64,000 nt of DNA, taken from NCBI GenBank assembly GCA_963777605.1, contig CAVZRV010000007.1, positions 832,001 through 896,000 on the forward strand, read 5' to 3'. Shown one piece after another: positions 1-8,277 of the stretch. The notes beneath the pieces are model-generated. The model was given only the letters and a program-made list of their open reading frames with translations, had not been told where the DNA came from and ran no database searches. The number at the start of each line of letters is the position of its first letter. Positions within the stretch are counted from its first letter, which is position 1. The DNA is from an uncultured Acidobacteriota bacterium. GTDB lineage: Bacteria > Acidobacteriota > UBA6911 > RPQK01 > JAPXNP01. A program made the translations under genes and the position numbers.

Positions 1-1
1 G

Positions 2-448
2 ATCTTCGGATACCTTCTCTACGGGTACTTCGGATTCTGGGTTTTCCCGGTGGGGTCTTTTGTGCTCGGAACCCTGGTGAACTACCTCTCCCTATCAACC
101 TACCTCCCTGGCGAGGTTGGTCTCGTCGGGGCTTCCGGGATGGTCTACCTGATGGCAAGTTTCTGGCTGACCATGTATCTCCTGCTGGAGAGGCGCTACC
201 CGCCGGGCACGAGGCTCATTCGTGCGCTTGGAGTAGGCCTCGTGGTCCTGATGCCGGGAGCATTTGACCACGCGATTAGCTACCGTACACACCTTATCGG
301 TGCTGTCGTGGGGCTGCTTGGGGCGCTTGTTTTCTTCCGCGTCTATCTGGCCCTCTTTCGAGCCGCCGAAATATCTGAACCCGAAGAGGGGGCCTTTCTG
401 TCCGAGGAACCGGAGATCTGGGTGAGCGGAGGCATTGATGAAGTTTGA
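2..448 (+). CDS. Rhomboid family intramembrane serine protease, 5'-truncated by the window edge
   Basis: Frame is open from position 2 (IFGYLLYGYFGFWVFPVGS...). It has hydrophobic helices, the GASG catalytic-Ser motif and a downstream ISYRTHLIGAVVG His motif. Confidence 0.8.
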   Translation: MFGYLLYGYFGFWVFPVGSFVLGTLVNYLSLSTYLPGEVGLVGASGMVYLMASFWLTMYLLLERRYPPGTRLIRALGVGLVVLMPGAFDHAISYRTHLIGAVVGLLGALVFFRVYLALFRAAEISEPEEGAFLSEEPEIWVSGGIDEV

Positions 449-1595
449 ATTTTGGACCCCCACTCAGATCATCTTCGGCCTCGACACTCTTCCCGAGGCG
501 GTTCCCGTGGTCCAGTCGTTGGGAAAGCATCCCCTGCTCGTCACCGGAAAGGTAAAGGACCGGGCTGGTGGGCTGGCGAGCGCCTTGAGCGGGGCTGGCC
601 TGGACGTGGACCACTTTTCCGTGGATGGGGAGCCCGCCATTGAAATGATCCGGGAAGGAGTCGTAAAGGCAAGGGAGTCCCAAAGGGACGTCGTGGTCGG
701 GTTTGGCGGTGGCAGTGCCCTCGATGCCGCCAAGGCAATTGCCGGGTTGGCACCCAATTCAGGTGACATACTTGACTACCTCGAAGTAATTGGAAAAGGG
801 CGGGCCTTAGGCCGGCCGGCGCTCCCCATCGTGACGATTCCGACCACGGCAGGAACTGGGGCTGAGATCACCAAGAATGCGGTCCTGGGGTCCCCGGCTG
901 ATCACGTCAAGGTGAGTCTCAGGAGTGTCCAACTGCTGCCTCGGACAGCGGTCGTGGACCCTCGACTGACCGTCAGCATGCCGCCCTCAGTTACCGCGTA
1001 CTCTGGACTCGACGCGCTGACCCAGGTCATCGAGCCTTTTCTCACTCGTCGCCATAACCCATTTGTCGATGCGTTGTGCCGCGAAGCAATCCCGCGGGCA
1101 GCCCGCTCTCTGAAAATCGCATTCCGCAATCCGGATGACCTCGAGGCACGCCAGAACATGTCATTCGCGAGCCTTGTCGGAGGCGTTGCCCTGACCAACG
1201 CCGGACTGGGCGCCGTCCACGGTTTTGCGGGCCCACTCGGGGGCATGACCGGGGCGCCCCACGGCGCCATTTGCGCCCGGCTGCTTCCGGCGGTCCTGGA
1301 AGCCAACTACCGGGCCCTTTACTGCGCCGGCAATCCCGAAGGAAAGTGCGACCGCCTGGACGAGATCGGGCGACTTCTTGCCGGGCACTCATCAGCACAG
1401 GGAAAGGACGCTGTCCGCTGGCTGCGCGAGTGTTGTTCCGAGCTGGGGATCCCCTCGCTTTCCCACTGGGGCCTGACCCGGGGGATGATTGATGAAGCCG
1501 TCGAGAAAGCACGCCGGGCGAGCAGCATGAAAGGAAATCCGGTCCTTCTGAGCCCTTCTGAACTGCGGGGGATTCTCGAGCAGTCAATTGATTGA
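438..1595 (+). CDS. Iron-containing (group III) alcohol dehydrogenase
   Basis: Motifs GGGSALDAAKA, PTTAGTGAE, DALTQ, GLGAVHG and HGAIC. ATG at 438 follows a GGAGG RBS. Confidence 0.92.
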   Translation: MKFEFWTPTQIIFGLDTLPEAVPVVQSLGKHPLLVTGKVKDRAGGLASALSGAGLDVDHFSVDGEPAIEMIREGVVKARESQRDVVVGFGGGSALDAAKAIAGLAPNSGDILDYLEVIGKGRALGRPALPIVTIPTTAGTGAEITKNAVLGSPADHVKVSLRSVQLLPRTAVVDPRLTVSMPPSVTAYSGLDALTQVIEPFLTRRHNPFVDALCREAIPRAARSLKIAFRNPDDLEARQNMSFASLVGGVALTNAGLGAVHGFAGPLGGMTGAPHGAICARLLPAVLEANYRALYCAGNPEGKCDRLDEIGRLLAGHSSAQGKDAVRWLRECCSELGIPSLSHWGLTRGMIDEAVEKARRASSMKGNPVLLSPSELRGILEQSID

Positions 1596-1762
1596 AGTTG
1601 TTTAGAAACGCTGAGTCGCATAGAATTTGACCGGTTTTTCCGGCCTTCGGGTCAGCCGGGTATTGATGGCAATTACCGGGAGAATCTGAGCTCGCTACAA
1701 CCCTTCTGAGCGCAACCCGTCTGAAACGGTCGCCGAAGGAAGATGTGGAAATGGAGGAAAAG

Positions 1763-2938
1763 ATGAAAGGGACAAAAATTGGAATTCTGACTGGAGGAGG
1801 CGACGTCCCCGGGCTGAATTCGGTCATTAAATCGGTTGTCTACCGTGCCACAGAAATGGGCCGTGAAGTGGTGGGGATTCGTCGCGGCTGGGAAGGCCTT
1901 ACCCACATGGATCCCACCATGGATCTCGACCCCAGGTATGTTCGCCCATTGACCAGGGAGAACACGAGAGCGATCGACCGCAGCGGTGGAACCGTTCTTC
2001 ACACCTCTCGAACCAACCCCTGGAAGACCAAACGCTCCAAGATCCCTCCTTTCATTTCGGAAAATGAGGCGAAGCAGTACCAGAAATCAGAGGATCTCTG
2101 GGACCTGACTCCGATTGTGACCACCAATCTCGATCGCCTAGGGATCAGAACCTTAGTGGCCATTGGAGGAGACGACACCCTGAGCTACGCTGCCCGCCTG
2201 GACCGTGAAGGCTTCCCCGTGATCGCGATCCCTAAAACGATGGACAACGACGTGCAGAACACCGAGTACTGCATCGGTTTTTCGACCGCCATCACCCGGG
2301 CGAAGGAGTTGATCACCCGCCAGCGGACTACTCTCGGCTCCCACGAGCGGATCGGAGTTTTCCGGATCTTCGGTCGGGACGCCGGTTTCACGGCCCTCTA
2401 CACGGCCTACGTCACATCAACCCGGTGCTTGATCCCCGAATATCCATTCGACATCGACCGCCTTTGCGAACTCCTGCTTGAGGACAAGAAGAACAATCCC
2501 AGCAGCTATTCGCTGGTAGTGGTCTCTGAGGGAGCGACCTGGACAGGCCGCGACGTAGCCGAATTCGGCGATGCTGACGCTTTCGGTCACCGCAAGAAGG
2601 TCGACATCGGCCAAGCCCTGGGCCAGGAAATCCGTCGCCGGACCGGCGAGGAGACGATGGCCAGTGACCTGACCTACGATCTGCGCAGTGGCGACCCTGA
2701 CTCCATAGATCACCTGGTCGCAATCACCTTCGCCAACATCGCGCTCGATCTGATCGCCGACGGCATCTCCGGGCGAATGGTCGGAATCCGGGACGGCCGC
2801 TACGCCCACGCGGAGATTCCGGATCCCGCCCTGGGTGCCCGCACGGTGGATCTGGACCGGCTCTACAACGCCGAGCGTTACCGGCCCCGGTACGACAACA
2901 AGCTGGGTGCCCCGATGTTGATCGAAACCCTGCGTTAA
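1763..2938 (+). CDS. PfkA-family 6-phosphofructokinase with a PPi-type signature
   Basis: Motifs TGGGDVPGLN, GGTVLHTSR, GGDDT and PKTMDND. GGAGG RBS precedes ATG 1763. Confidence 0.9.
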   Translation: MKGTKIGILTGGGDVPGLNSVIKSVVYRATEMGREVVGIRRGWEGLTHMDPTMDLDPRYVRPLTRENTRAIDRSGGTVLHTSRTNPWKTKRSKIPPFISENEAKQYQKSEDLWDLTPIVTTNLDRLGIRTLVAIGGDDTLSYAARLDREGFPVIAIPKTMDNDVQNTEYCIGFSTAITRAKELITRQRTTLGSHERIGVFRIFGRDAGFTALYTAYVTSTRCLIPEYPFDIDRLCELLLEDKKNNPSSYSLVVVSEGATWTGRDVAEFGDADAFGHRKKVDIGQALGQEIRRRTGEETMASDLTYDLRSGDPDSIDHLVAITFANIALDLIADGISGRMVGIRDGRYAHAEIPDPALGARTVDLDRLYNAERYRPRYDNKLGAPMLIETLR

Positions 2939-2952
2939 GACTCCTTGAGTTC

Positions 2953-2982
2953 GGAGGAAGCGGTCCCCGGGCCGCTTCCTCC
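2953..2982. terminator. GC-rich hairpin between convergent pfk and AI-2E genes (probable terminator)
   Basis: GGAGGAAGCGG...CCGCTTCCTCC inverted repeat 15 nt after the pfk stop. No clear U-tract. Confidence 0.5.
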
Positions 2983-3017
2983 AGAAACTTCCTCTCCAGG
3001 CCCCCGTCAGCTAAACA

Positions 3018-4142
3018 TCAACCCCCGTGCTCGTCGAGCACTCGCTCGTCGGCTCTTTCTTCTGCCTGTCTCCCATCGCCCGTCGCAACGTTCAAAGCAG
3101 TTCCGTCGATCGACACCCCGATTTCCCTTCCCAGGAGCGCCGCCATCCACTGGGTTCGCCTATTGCTGCTGAGTGCAATCTTCACGGTCATGGTCAGCGG
3201 GACCGCCAACAAAACTCCAATGGGACCGAGGATCCAGGCCCATACCACCAGGGAGGCAAACACGACAAGCGTCGACAGGCCAAGTCCCCGGCCAAGAAAA
3301 CGCGGTTCCAGCAGGCTGCTTAGCGTCATGTTGATGGCCAGGTAGCCCAGCGCGACAACGAGCGCCGCCACGGGCCCGTCTCTGAGGAGGGCGAGAACGA
3401 TGGCCGGAACGGCCGCCAGAATCGACCCGAGGTTGGGAATGTAGTTGAGTAGAAAAGCAAGCAGGCCCCAGAGCAGCCAGAACTGCAGGCCACAGACCCA
3501 GGTCCAGGAGGCAACAGCAATTCCGGTCGCCAGGCTCATGGCCGACTTGATGACCACGTATTTGTTGAGCCTTCTTGCGAATTCCCGGAATCCGGACAGG
3601 GTCGCTTCGGCTGAGGTGATGTTGAGACGGATCTTGGCCGGAAAACTGGAGGCTTCGAGGAGAATGAATACAGCCGTCAGGAAGATCAACACGGCGTTGG
3701 TCAGTAGCCCCCCCACGGAAGTTAGGAGGTTTCCGAGAAGGCTCATCGCAGACCCAGGATCGAGAATATTCGTGAACGTCGAACGGGAAACGTTGACATC
3801 ATGCCGACCCAGCCAATCGACCAGCCGGAGAACCTGGTCTCGAATCTGTGCCTCGTAGGTCGGGAGTTCCCGCACGAATGCGTTGATCGAACTTCCCACC
3901 AGGATTCCGAGTCCGGTGAGCAGTCCAATCAGCGCCGTGACTGTAATCAAAACCGAGAGACTCGCGGGTACCCGGTTCCGCCTGAGCCAGAAGACAAACG
4001 GTCCCGCCATCACTGACAGGAACACGGCGACCAGAAAAGGAACCAGGAGGGCCGAAGCCGCTTTCATGCCTGCGACAATGACTACGAACGCAGCCGCCCC
4101 AATGAGCACTCGAAACCCACCAGATTCGTGGTCAGCACTCAT
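3018..4142 (-). CDS. AI-2E (TqsA/YhhT-like) family transporter
   Basis: Multi-TM 374 aa protein with LLNYIPNLGS and EPRFLGRGLGLS...WILGPIGVLLAVP motifs. Confidence 0.88.
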   Translation of the reverse strand: MSADHESGGFRVLIGAAAFVVIVAGMKAASALLVPFLVAVFLSVMAGPFVFWLRRNRVPASLSVLITVTALIGLLTGLGILVGSSINAFVRELPTYEAQIRDQVLRLVDWLGRHDVNVSRSTFTNILDPGSAMSLLGNLLTSVGGLLTNAVLIFLTAVFILLEASSFPAKIRLNITSAEATLSGFREFARRLNKYVVIKSAMSLATGIAVASWTWVCGLQFWLLWGLLAFLLNYIPNLGSILAAVPAIVLALLRDGPVAALVVALGYLAINMTLSSLLEPRFLGRGLGLSTLVVFASLVVWAWILGPIGVLLAVPLTMTVKIALSSNRRTQWMAALLGREIGVSIDGTALNVATGDGRQAEERADERVLDEHGG

Positions 4143-4181
4143 TCCTTTGCGCCTTTCCAGAATTCTCCATCCCCGGTCCTT

Positions 4182-5198
4182 TCAACGAAGTTGCTTTCGC
4201 AGAAAACGGACGATGTGCCATCCATCGATATAGCTGAACGGAAAATGGGCGGTCGTGTAGTGGCCGCAGGGGAGAGTTGCTCTCTCGCATCCGATCCCCA
4301 GTTCCCGGTACCGCTCGAACACCAGTTCTGACAGCTCGGGAAGAAACGTTGGGTCGTAGCGAGCGGTAATCATGAGGTGGGGCCTCTCGCACATCCTGAG
4401 CCGTTCGATAAAATACCAAGGGCTCAACGGGGCCCAGCACTCACGCAGTTCCTCCAGTTTGATCTGCCCTTCCAGGCCCCAGCGTACGAAACGCGTGGAC
4501 AATCCCGTCCAAACCACGTCCGCAAAGAAAGCCGAAACGTGGTTGAAGACCGCCGCGTCGATGGAGCAGTCGTGGGTAAATGCCAGGTACCCGACGCAGG
4601 AACCGAGGCTGGTCCCCATCACCCCGACTTTTTCATACCCCTCCTCCCGCAGCCACCGCGCCAGGGTGAGCACTTCGACGACCGCCTGTCGGGTCGCGTG
4701 CAGTGTCCGCCCAATGTTCGGGCTCACCATCAGATCGGCTCGCTTCATTCCGCCGGGTGCACGGGTCTCGTGGTAGGGGAGAGTAATCCGAACCGCCGTA
4801 AATCCGAACCGGTTCAGCAGTTCGCATAGCCCCACGTGACTCCTGGAATCCGCGTTCCACTGGGGGATGACGATCACCGCCGACCGGGAGTCCTCGGCCT
4901 TCCAGATCCGACAGCGAACCCGGTTATTCTCTTCAAACGGCGAAGGTGTCGGCGTCGCGAACGAAAGCAAGTCCTCGCTCCGGCTGATCGTCTCCAATTG
5001 CTGCGCCGAGAAAACCTCGTCACTCTTTTCCAGCACGTGCTTCGACCAGGCTGAGACGCGCTCCACTTCCGGCGCCGTCGACTCCCCGTTCAGTCCGAGC
5101 CATTCCAGGCCCCAATCAAAGGGAAAGACCCTGCGATTGGGATCCTTCCGTGTGAGCCGGTCTTCCCAGCTTTCTATCCAGTGTTTATACAGGTTCAT
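4182..5198 (-). CDS. Alpha/beta hydrolase (ABHD18/RcgR-like)
   Basis: GTSLG nucleophile elbow, with YDPTF (Asp) and PCGHYT (His) as likely triad members. LPYHETR motif. Confidence 0.75.
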   Translation of the reverse strand: MNLYKHWIESWEDRLTRKDPNRRVFPFDWGLEWLGLNGESTAPEVERVSAWSKHVLEKSDEVFSAQQLETISRSEDLLSFATPTPSPFEENNRVRCRIWKAEDSRSAVIVIPQWNADSRSHVGLCELLNRFGFTAVRITLPYHETRAPGGMKRADLMVSPNIGRTLHATRQAVVEVLTLARWLREEGYEKVGVMGTSLGSCVGYLAFTHDCSIDAAVFNHVSAFFADVVWTGLSTRFVRWGLEGQIKLEELRECWAPLSPWYFIERLRMCERPHLMITARYDPTFLPELSELVFERYRELGIGCERATLPCGHYTTAHFPFSYIDGWHIVRFLRKQLR

Positions 5199-6271
5199 GA
5201 ATCAGGCTTGACCAGTTCTGCTCTAAACTCCGTCCGATACAGTTCGAGAAACGCCAGAAAGAGGGAGACCATTACGGGGCCGAATACCAGCCCGAGAATC
5301 CCGAAATAGGCTGCTCCTCCCGTCAACGCGAAGAACACGACGAGGGTGTGCATCCCGGCCTGCCCTTCGATCAACAGCGGACGGAGTACATTATCAATGA
5401 CACCAACAAAGAAGATTGAAAGTACCAGCAGGGCAACAGCCTTCAGGTAGGAACCGCTCAGCAGAAAGAAGATTACCCACGGCAGCCAGACCACCGAGGT
5501 GCCCACCACCGGAACCATGGAAACGAACCCGGTTGCGGTTCCCCAAAAGAGCGCGTTGCCTGTTCCGAGAATCCAGAAAACTATGCCGCCCGCCACCCCC
5601 TGGGCCAAGGCCGTAACCAGCGTCCCCAATACCGTCGCTCGGGTGATCTCGCGGAACTTTTTCCCCAACAGTTCTTCGTGGTGAGACGCCAGGGGACTGA
5701 GTTTTCTAAGTTCACCTGCCAGTTGAGGTGCGTCTCGGAACATGAAGAACATCGTAATCATCACAATGATGAACTGCCCCACCACACCCGCAAATCCTTC
5801 CAGGATTGCGGTGCTGTTGCGAATCAGGTAAAGGCTCACCTGCTGTAACCCGCTGGCGATCCCGCCGACGAGATCGATCTCGTTGGGGTTCACGTAGCGC
5901 TCGAGCCACGACCTCAGATCCGCAAGGTAGGGGTTTTTTTTCAAGGTCAAGATGCTGTCGAAGTCGCCCGTCGCAACCCTTGTATGCACATGGTCGTAGA
6001 CATCGTTGACCTGGCCGGCCAGGGTGACGACAAGCAAAACCACGGGCAGGACAACCAAAACCATGACCAGCAGGCAGGTGATCAGGGAAGCCAGGTTTTC
6101 CCTTCGACCCAGGTGTCTCAAAATCCACCGGTAGACGGGGTAGCACAGGCTCGAGAGAATAATCGCCAGAGCGATCGGCTGCAGGAAAGGCCGGAAGATT
6201 TCGTAAACAAAGAACAGCGTCACCAGCGCCGGCACCAATATGAAGATACGAATGAAGCGCCGTTCCTGCAT
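5195..6271 (-). CDS. AI-2E (YdiK-like) family transporter
   Basis: Multi-TM protein with PVVGTSVVWLP, IDNVLRP and FGILGLVFGP motifs. ATGA overlap with the hydrolase. Confidence 0.88.
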   Translation of the reverse strand: MQERRFIRIFILVPALVTLFFVYEIFRPFLQPIALAIILSSLCYPVYRWILRHLGRRENLASLITCLLVMVLVVLPVVLLVVTLAGQVNDVYDHVHTRVATGDFDSILTLKKNPYLADLRSWLERYVNPNEIDLVGGIASGLQQVSLYLIRNSTAILEGFAGVVGQFIIVMITMFFMFRDAPQLAGELRKLSPLASHHEELLGKKFREITRATVLGTLVTALAQGVAGGIVFWILGTGNALFWGTATGFVSMVPVVGTSVVWLPWVIFFLLSGSYLKAVALLVLSIFFVGVIDNVLRPLLIEGQAGMHTLVVFFALTGGAAYFGILGLVFGPVMVSLFLAFLELYRTEFRAELVKPDS

Positions 6272-6393
6272 ATCCGGAATCTAACCTCTCTACTGGACCA
6301 GCGTCAATTTAGAAAGGGAACCCTGCCATCATCCGGCCCCCTCCATTTCTCGTACCGTCCAAGCTCCCGGCTTCCGTAGGTTAGAATACCCGC

Positions 6394-7323
6394 GTGGATC
6401 TTCGCCAGCTCGAGATGTTTCAGGCCATTGTCGAAACCGGAAGCTTTACTCGGGCCGGAGAAAAGCTGTTCGTCTCCCAATCTGCGATCAGCCGCCAGAT
6501 CAAGCTTCTGGAAGAAGAGCTGGGAGATCCCCTCTTCAAGCGGATTCACAAGGGCGTCTATCTCACCCCAACCGGCGAGATCCTCTTGCAGTACTCCCAA
6601 CGCATCTTCAACGAGATTCGGATGCTCAACTCGGAGATCGCCGACCTCACCCACCTGCGACGGGGAAGCCTCCACCTGGCGGGAGGGATGTCGGTCTGTA
6701 CCTATCTGTTCCCACTCCTTCTGAAACAGTATCAAATCCTCTACCCAAGTGTTGAAATCCGCATAGCTACCGGGATTACAGAAGAGATCCTGAGGATGCT
6801 CCGCTCAAACGAAGTCGATCTTGCCCTTCTCAGCCTTCCCTTTACGGAACCGGACCTGGAAGTTGTCCCAGCTCTTTCGGAAGAGCTGGTCCTGGTGATG
6901 AACCCCAGTCACCCCTTGACCCGAAAATCGGAGATCGGATTTCAGGACCTGCCTTCTTTCACGTTTATCCACTTCGAGCGGGGCTCAAACACGCGGAAGG
7001 TGATCGACCAGCTTTTTCGCGAGGAGAAGGTCCAGTTTCGGAACACCATGGAACTGCAGAACGTGGAGATTACCAAGCCTCTCGTCGCCAAGGGACTGGG
7101 GATCAGCATCGTGCCGCTGCCGGCAGTCTCGGCAGCCGAGGGGGGGCGGGATCTCGTCTACAAGAGAATCGGAGGCCGTAAGATCTACCGGGAACTGGGT
7201 TGGGTATACCCCAAGGCCGATTATGTTTCCCGTGCGGTCCAGAAACTCCTTGGCCTCTTCGACGAAATGAAGCCTCAGTTTACCGAGGAACATTACCATT
7301 CCCCATCGCCCGAATATGAATGA
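6394..7323 (+). CDS. LysR family transcriptional regulator
   Basis: N-terminal HTH (LRQLEMF...GSFTRAGEKLFVSQSAISRQIKLLEEELG) plus substrate-binding domain, 309 aa. Confidence 0.95.
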   Translation: MDLRQLEMFQAIVETGSFTRAGEKLFVSQSAISRQIKLLEEELGDPLFKRIHKGVYLTPTGEILLQYSQRIFNEIRMLNSEIADLTHLRRGSLHLAGGMSVCTYLFPLLLKQYQILYPSVEIRIATGITEEILRMLRSNEVDLALLSLPFTEPDLEVVPALSEELVLVMNPSHPLTRKSEIGFQDLPSFTFIHFERGSNTRKVIDQLFREEKVQFRNTMELQNVEITKPLVAKGLGISIVPLPAVSAAEGGRDLVYKRIGGRKIYRELGWVYPKADYVSRAVQKLLGLFDEMKPQFTEEHYHSPSPEYE

Positions 7324-8245
7324 CTGTCCGGTTTGCAACCAGGCTGAAGGATCCCTCTTCTGTCGAGCGGAGGACCGCCTCCAGATCGATCCGGGAGCCG
7401 TCTATCGCATCTTTCAGTGCCCCCTTTGCGAGTTCGGGTGGACCGAGCCCTCGTTAAAGAAAGAGGAGCTGGCTCGATTCTATCCGGAGAACTACCTGGG
7501 TCAGACTGCGCAGATCATCAACGAGTATCTTTCGGGAAGTTGGTTCGGCACATCCTCCTGGCGGATGGAGGCGGAAAAAGTCAAGTTGGTGGAACAGTTC
7601 TGTTCTCGCGGGGCGCTGCTGGACGTGGGCTGCGGCGAAGGCAAGTTTCTCTGGGCCCTCGATCCCGACCGATGGAACCGGTTCGGAGTAGAACTGAACT
7701 CGTTCACGGTCAGACTCGTCCAGAAGACCGTACCGGAAATCGATGTCCGCGAAGGCACTCTTGACTCTCTCAACGTGGAACCTGGTGGTTTGGACGCCGT
7801 CACCTTCTGGCATGTCCTGGAACACTTGCCTGGGCCGGAGTCTGCTCTCTCCCGCGCCTGTGAGCTTTTGCAGCCGGGCGGCTGGGTCATCGTGTCGTTA
7901 CCGAACATCGCGAGTCTTCAGGCCCGCTGGTTTCGGTCCCACTGGTATCCTTTTGGCGATGTGCCCCGTCACATCTACCACTTCTCTCCACGGTCGTTGG
8001 AGATCCTGTTGCGCCGGGCCGGATTCTCCGATGTCCGGTTTCGGTTCTTCTCCAGGAAGGTGAATTTCCACTGCTGGAAACACAGCACGCGAGCCTGGTG
8101 CAAATCCCGGTTCGGGACCGAGCGCCCCTACTACGCACTCAAACCAGCCCTCCACCTCCTTCCTTTGCTCGAGCGCGTCGGGAGAAGGTATTCAATCATG
8201 ACCGCGGCGGCTCGAAAGACTAGTGTCCCGTCACGCATCATATGA
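7316..8245 (+). CDS. Class I SAM-dependent methyltransferase with N-terminal CxxC...CxxC
   Basis: Motifs LLDVGCGEG and FWHVLEHL, plus CPVC and CPLC. Overlaps the LysR stop by 8 nt. Confidence 0.88.
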   Translation: MNDCPVCNQAEGSLFCRAEDRLQIDPGAVYRIFQCPLCEFGWTEPSLKKEELARFYPENYLGQTAQIINEYLSGSWFGTSSWRMEAEKVKLVEQFCSRGALLDVGCGEGKFLWALDPDRWNRFGVELNSFTVRLVQKTVPEIDVREGTLDSLNVEPGGLDAVTFWHVLEHLPGPESALSRACELLQPGGWVIVSLPNIASLQARWFRSHWYPFGDVPRHIYHFSPRSLEILLRRAGFSDVRFRFFSRKVNFHCWKHSTRAWCKSRFGTERPYYALKPALHLLPLLERVGRRYSIMTAAARKTSVPSRII

Positions 8246-8277
8246 CGTTTTCAGAGCCCCGCATGCGTGGACGGGCA

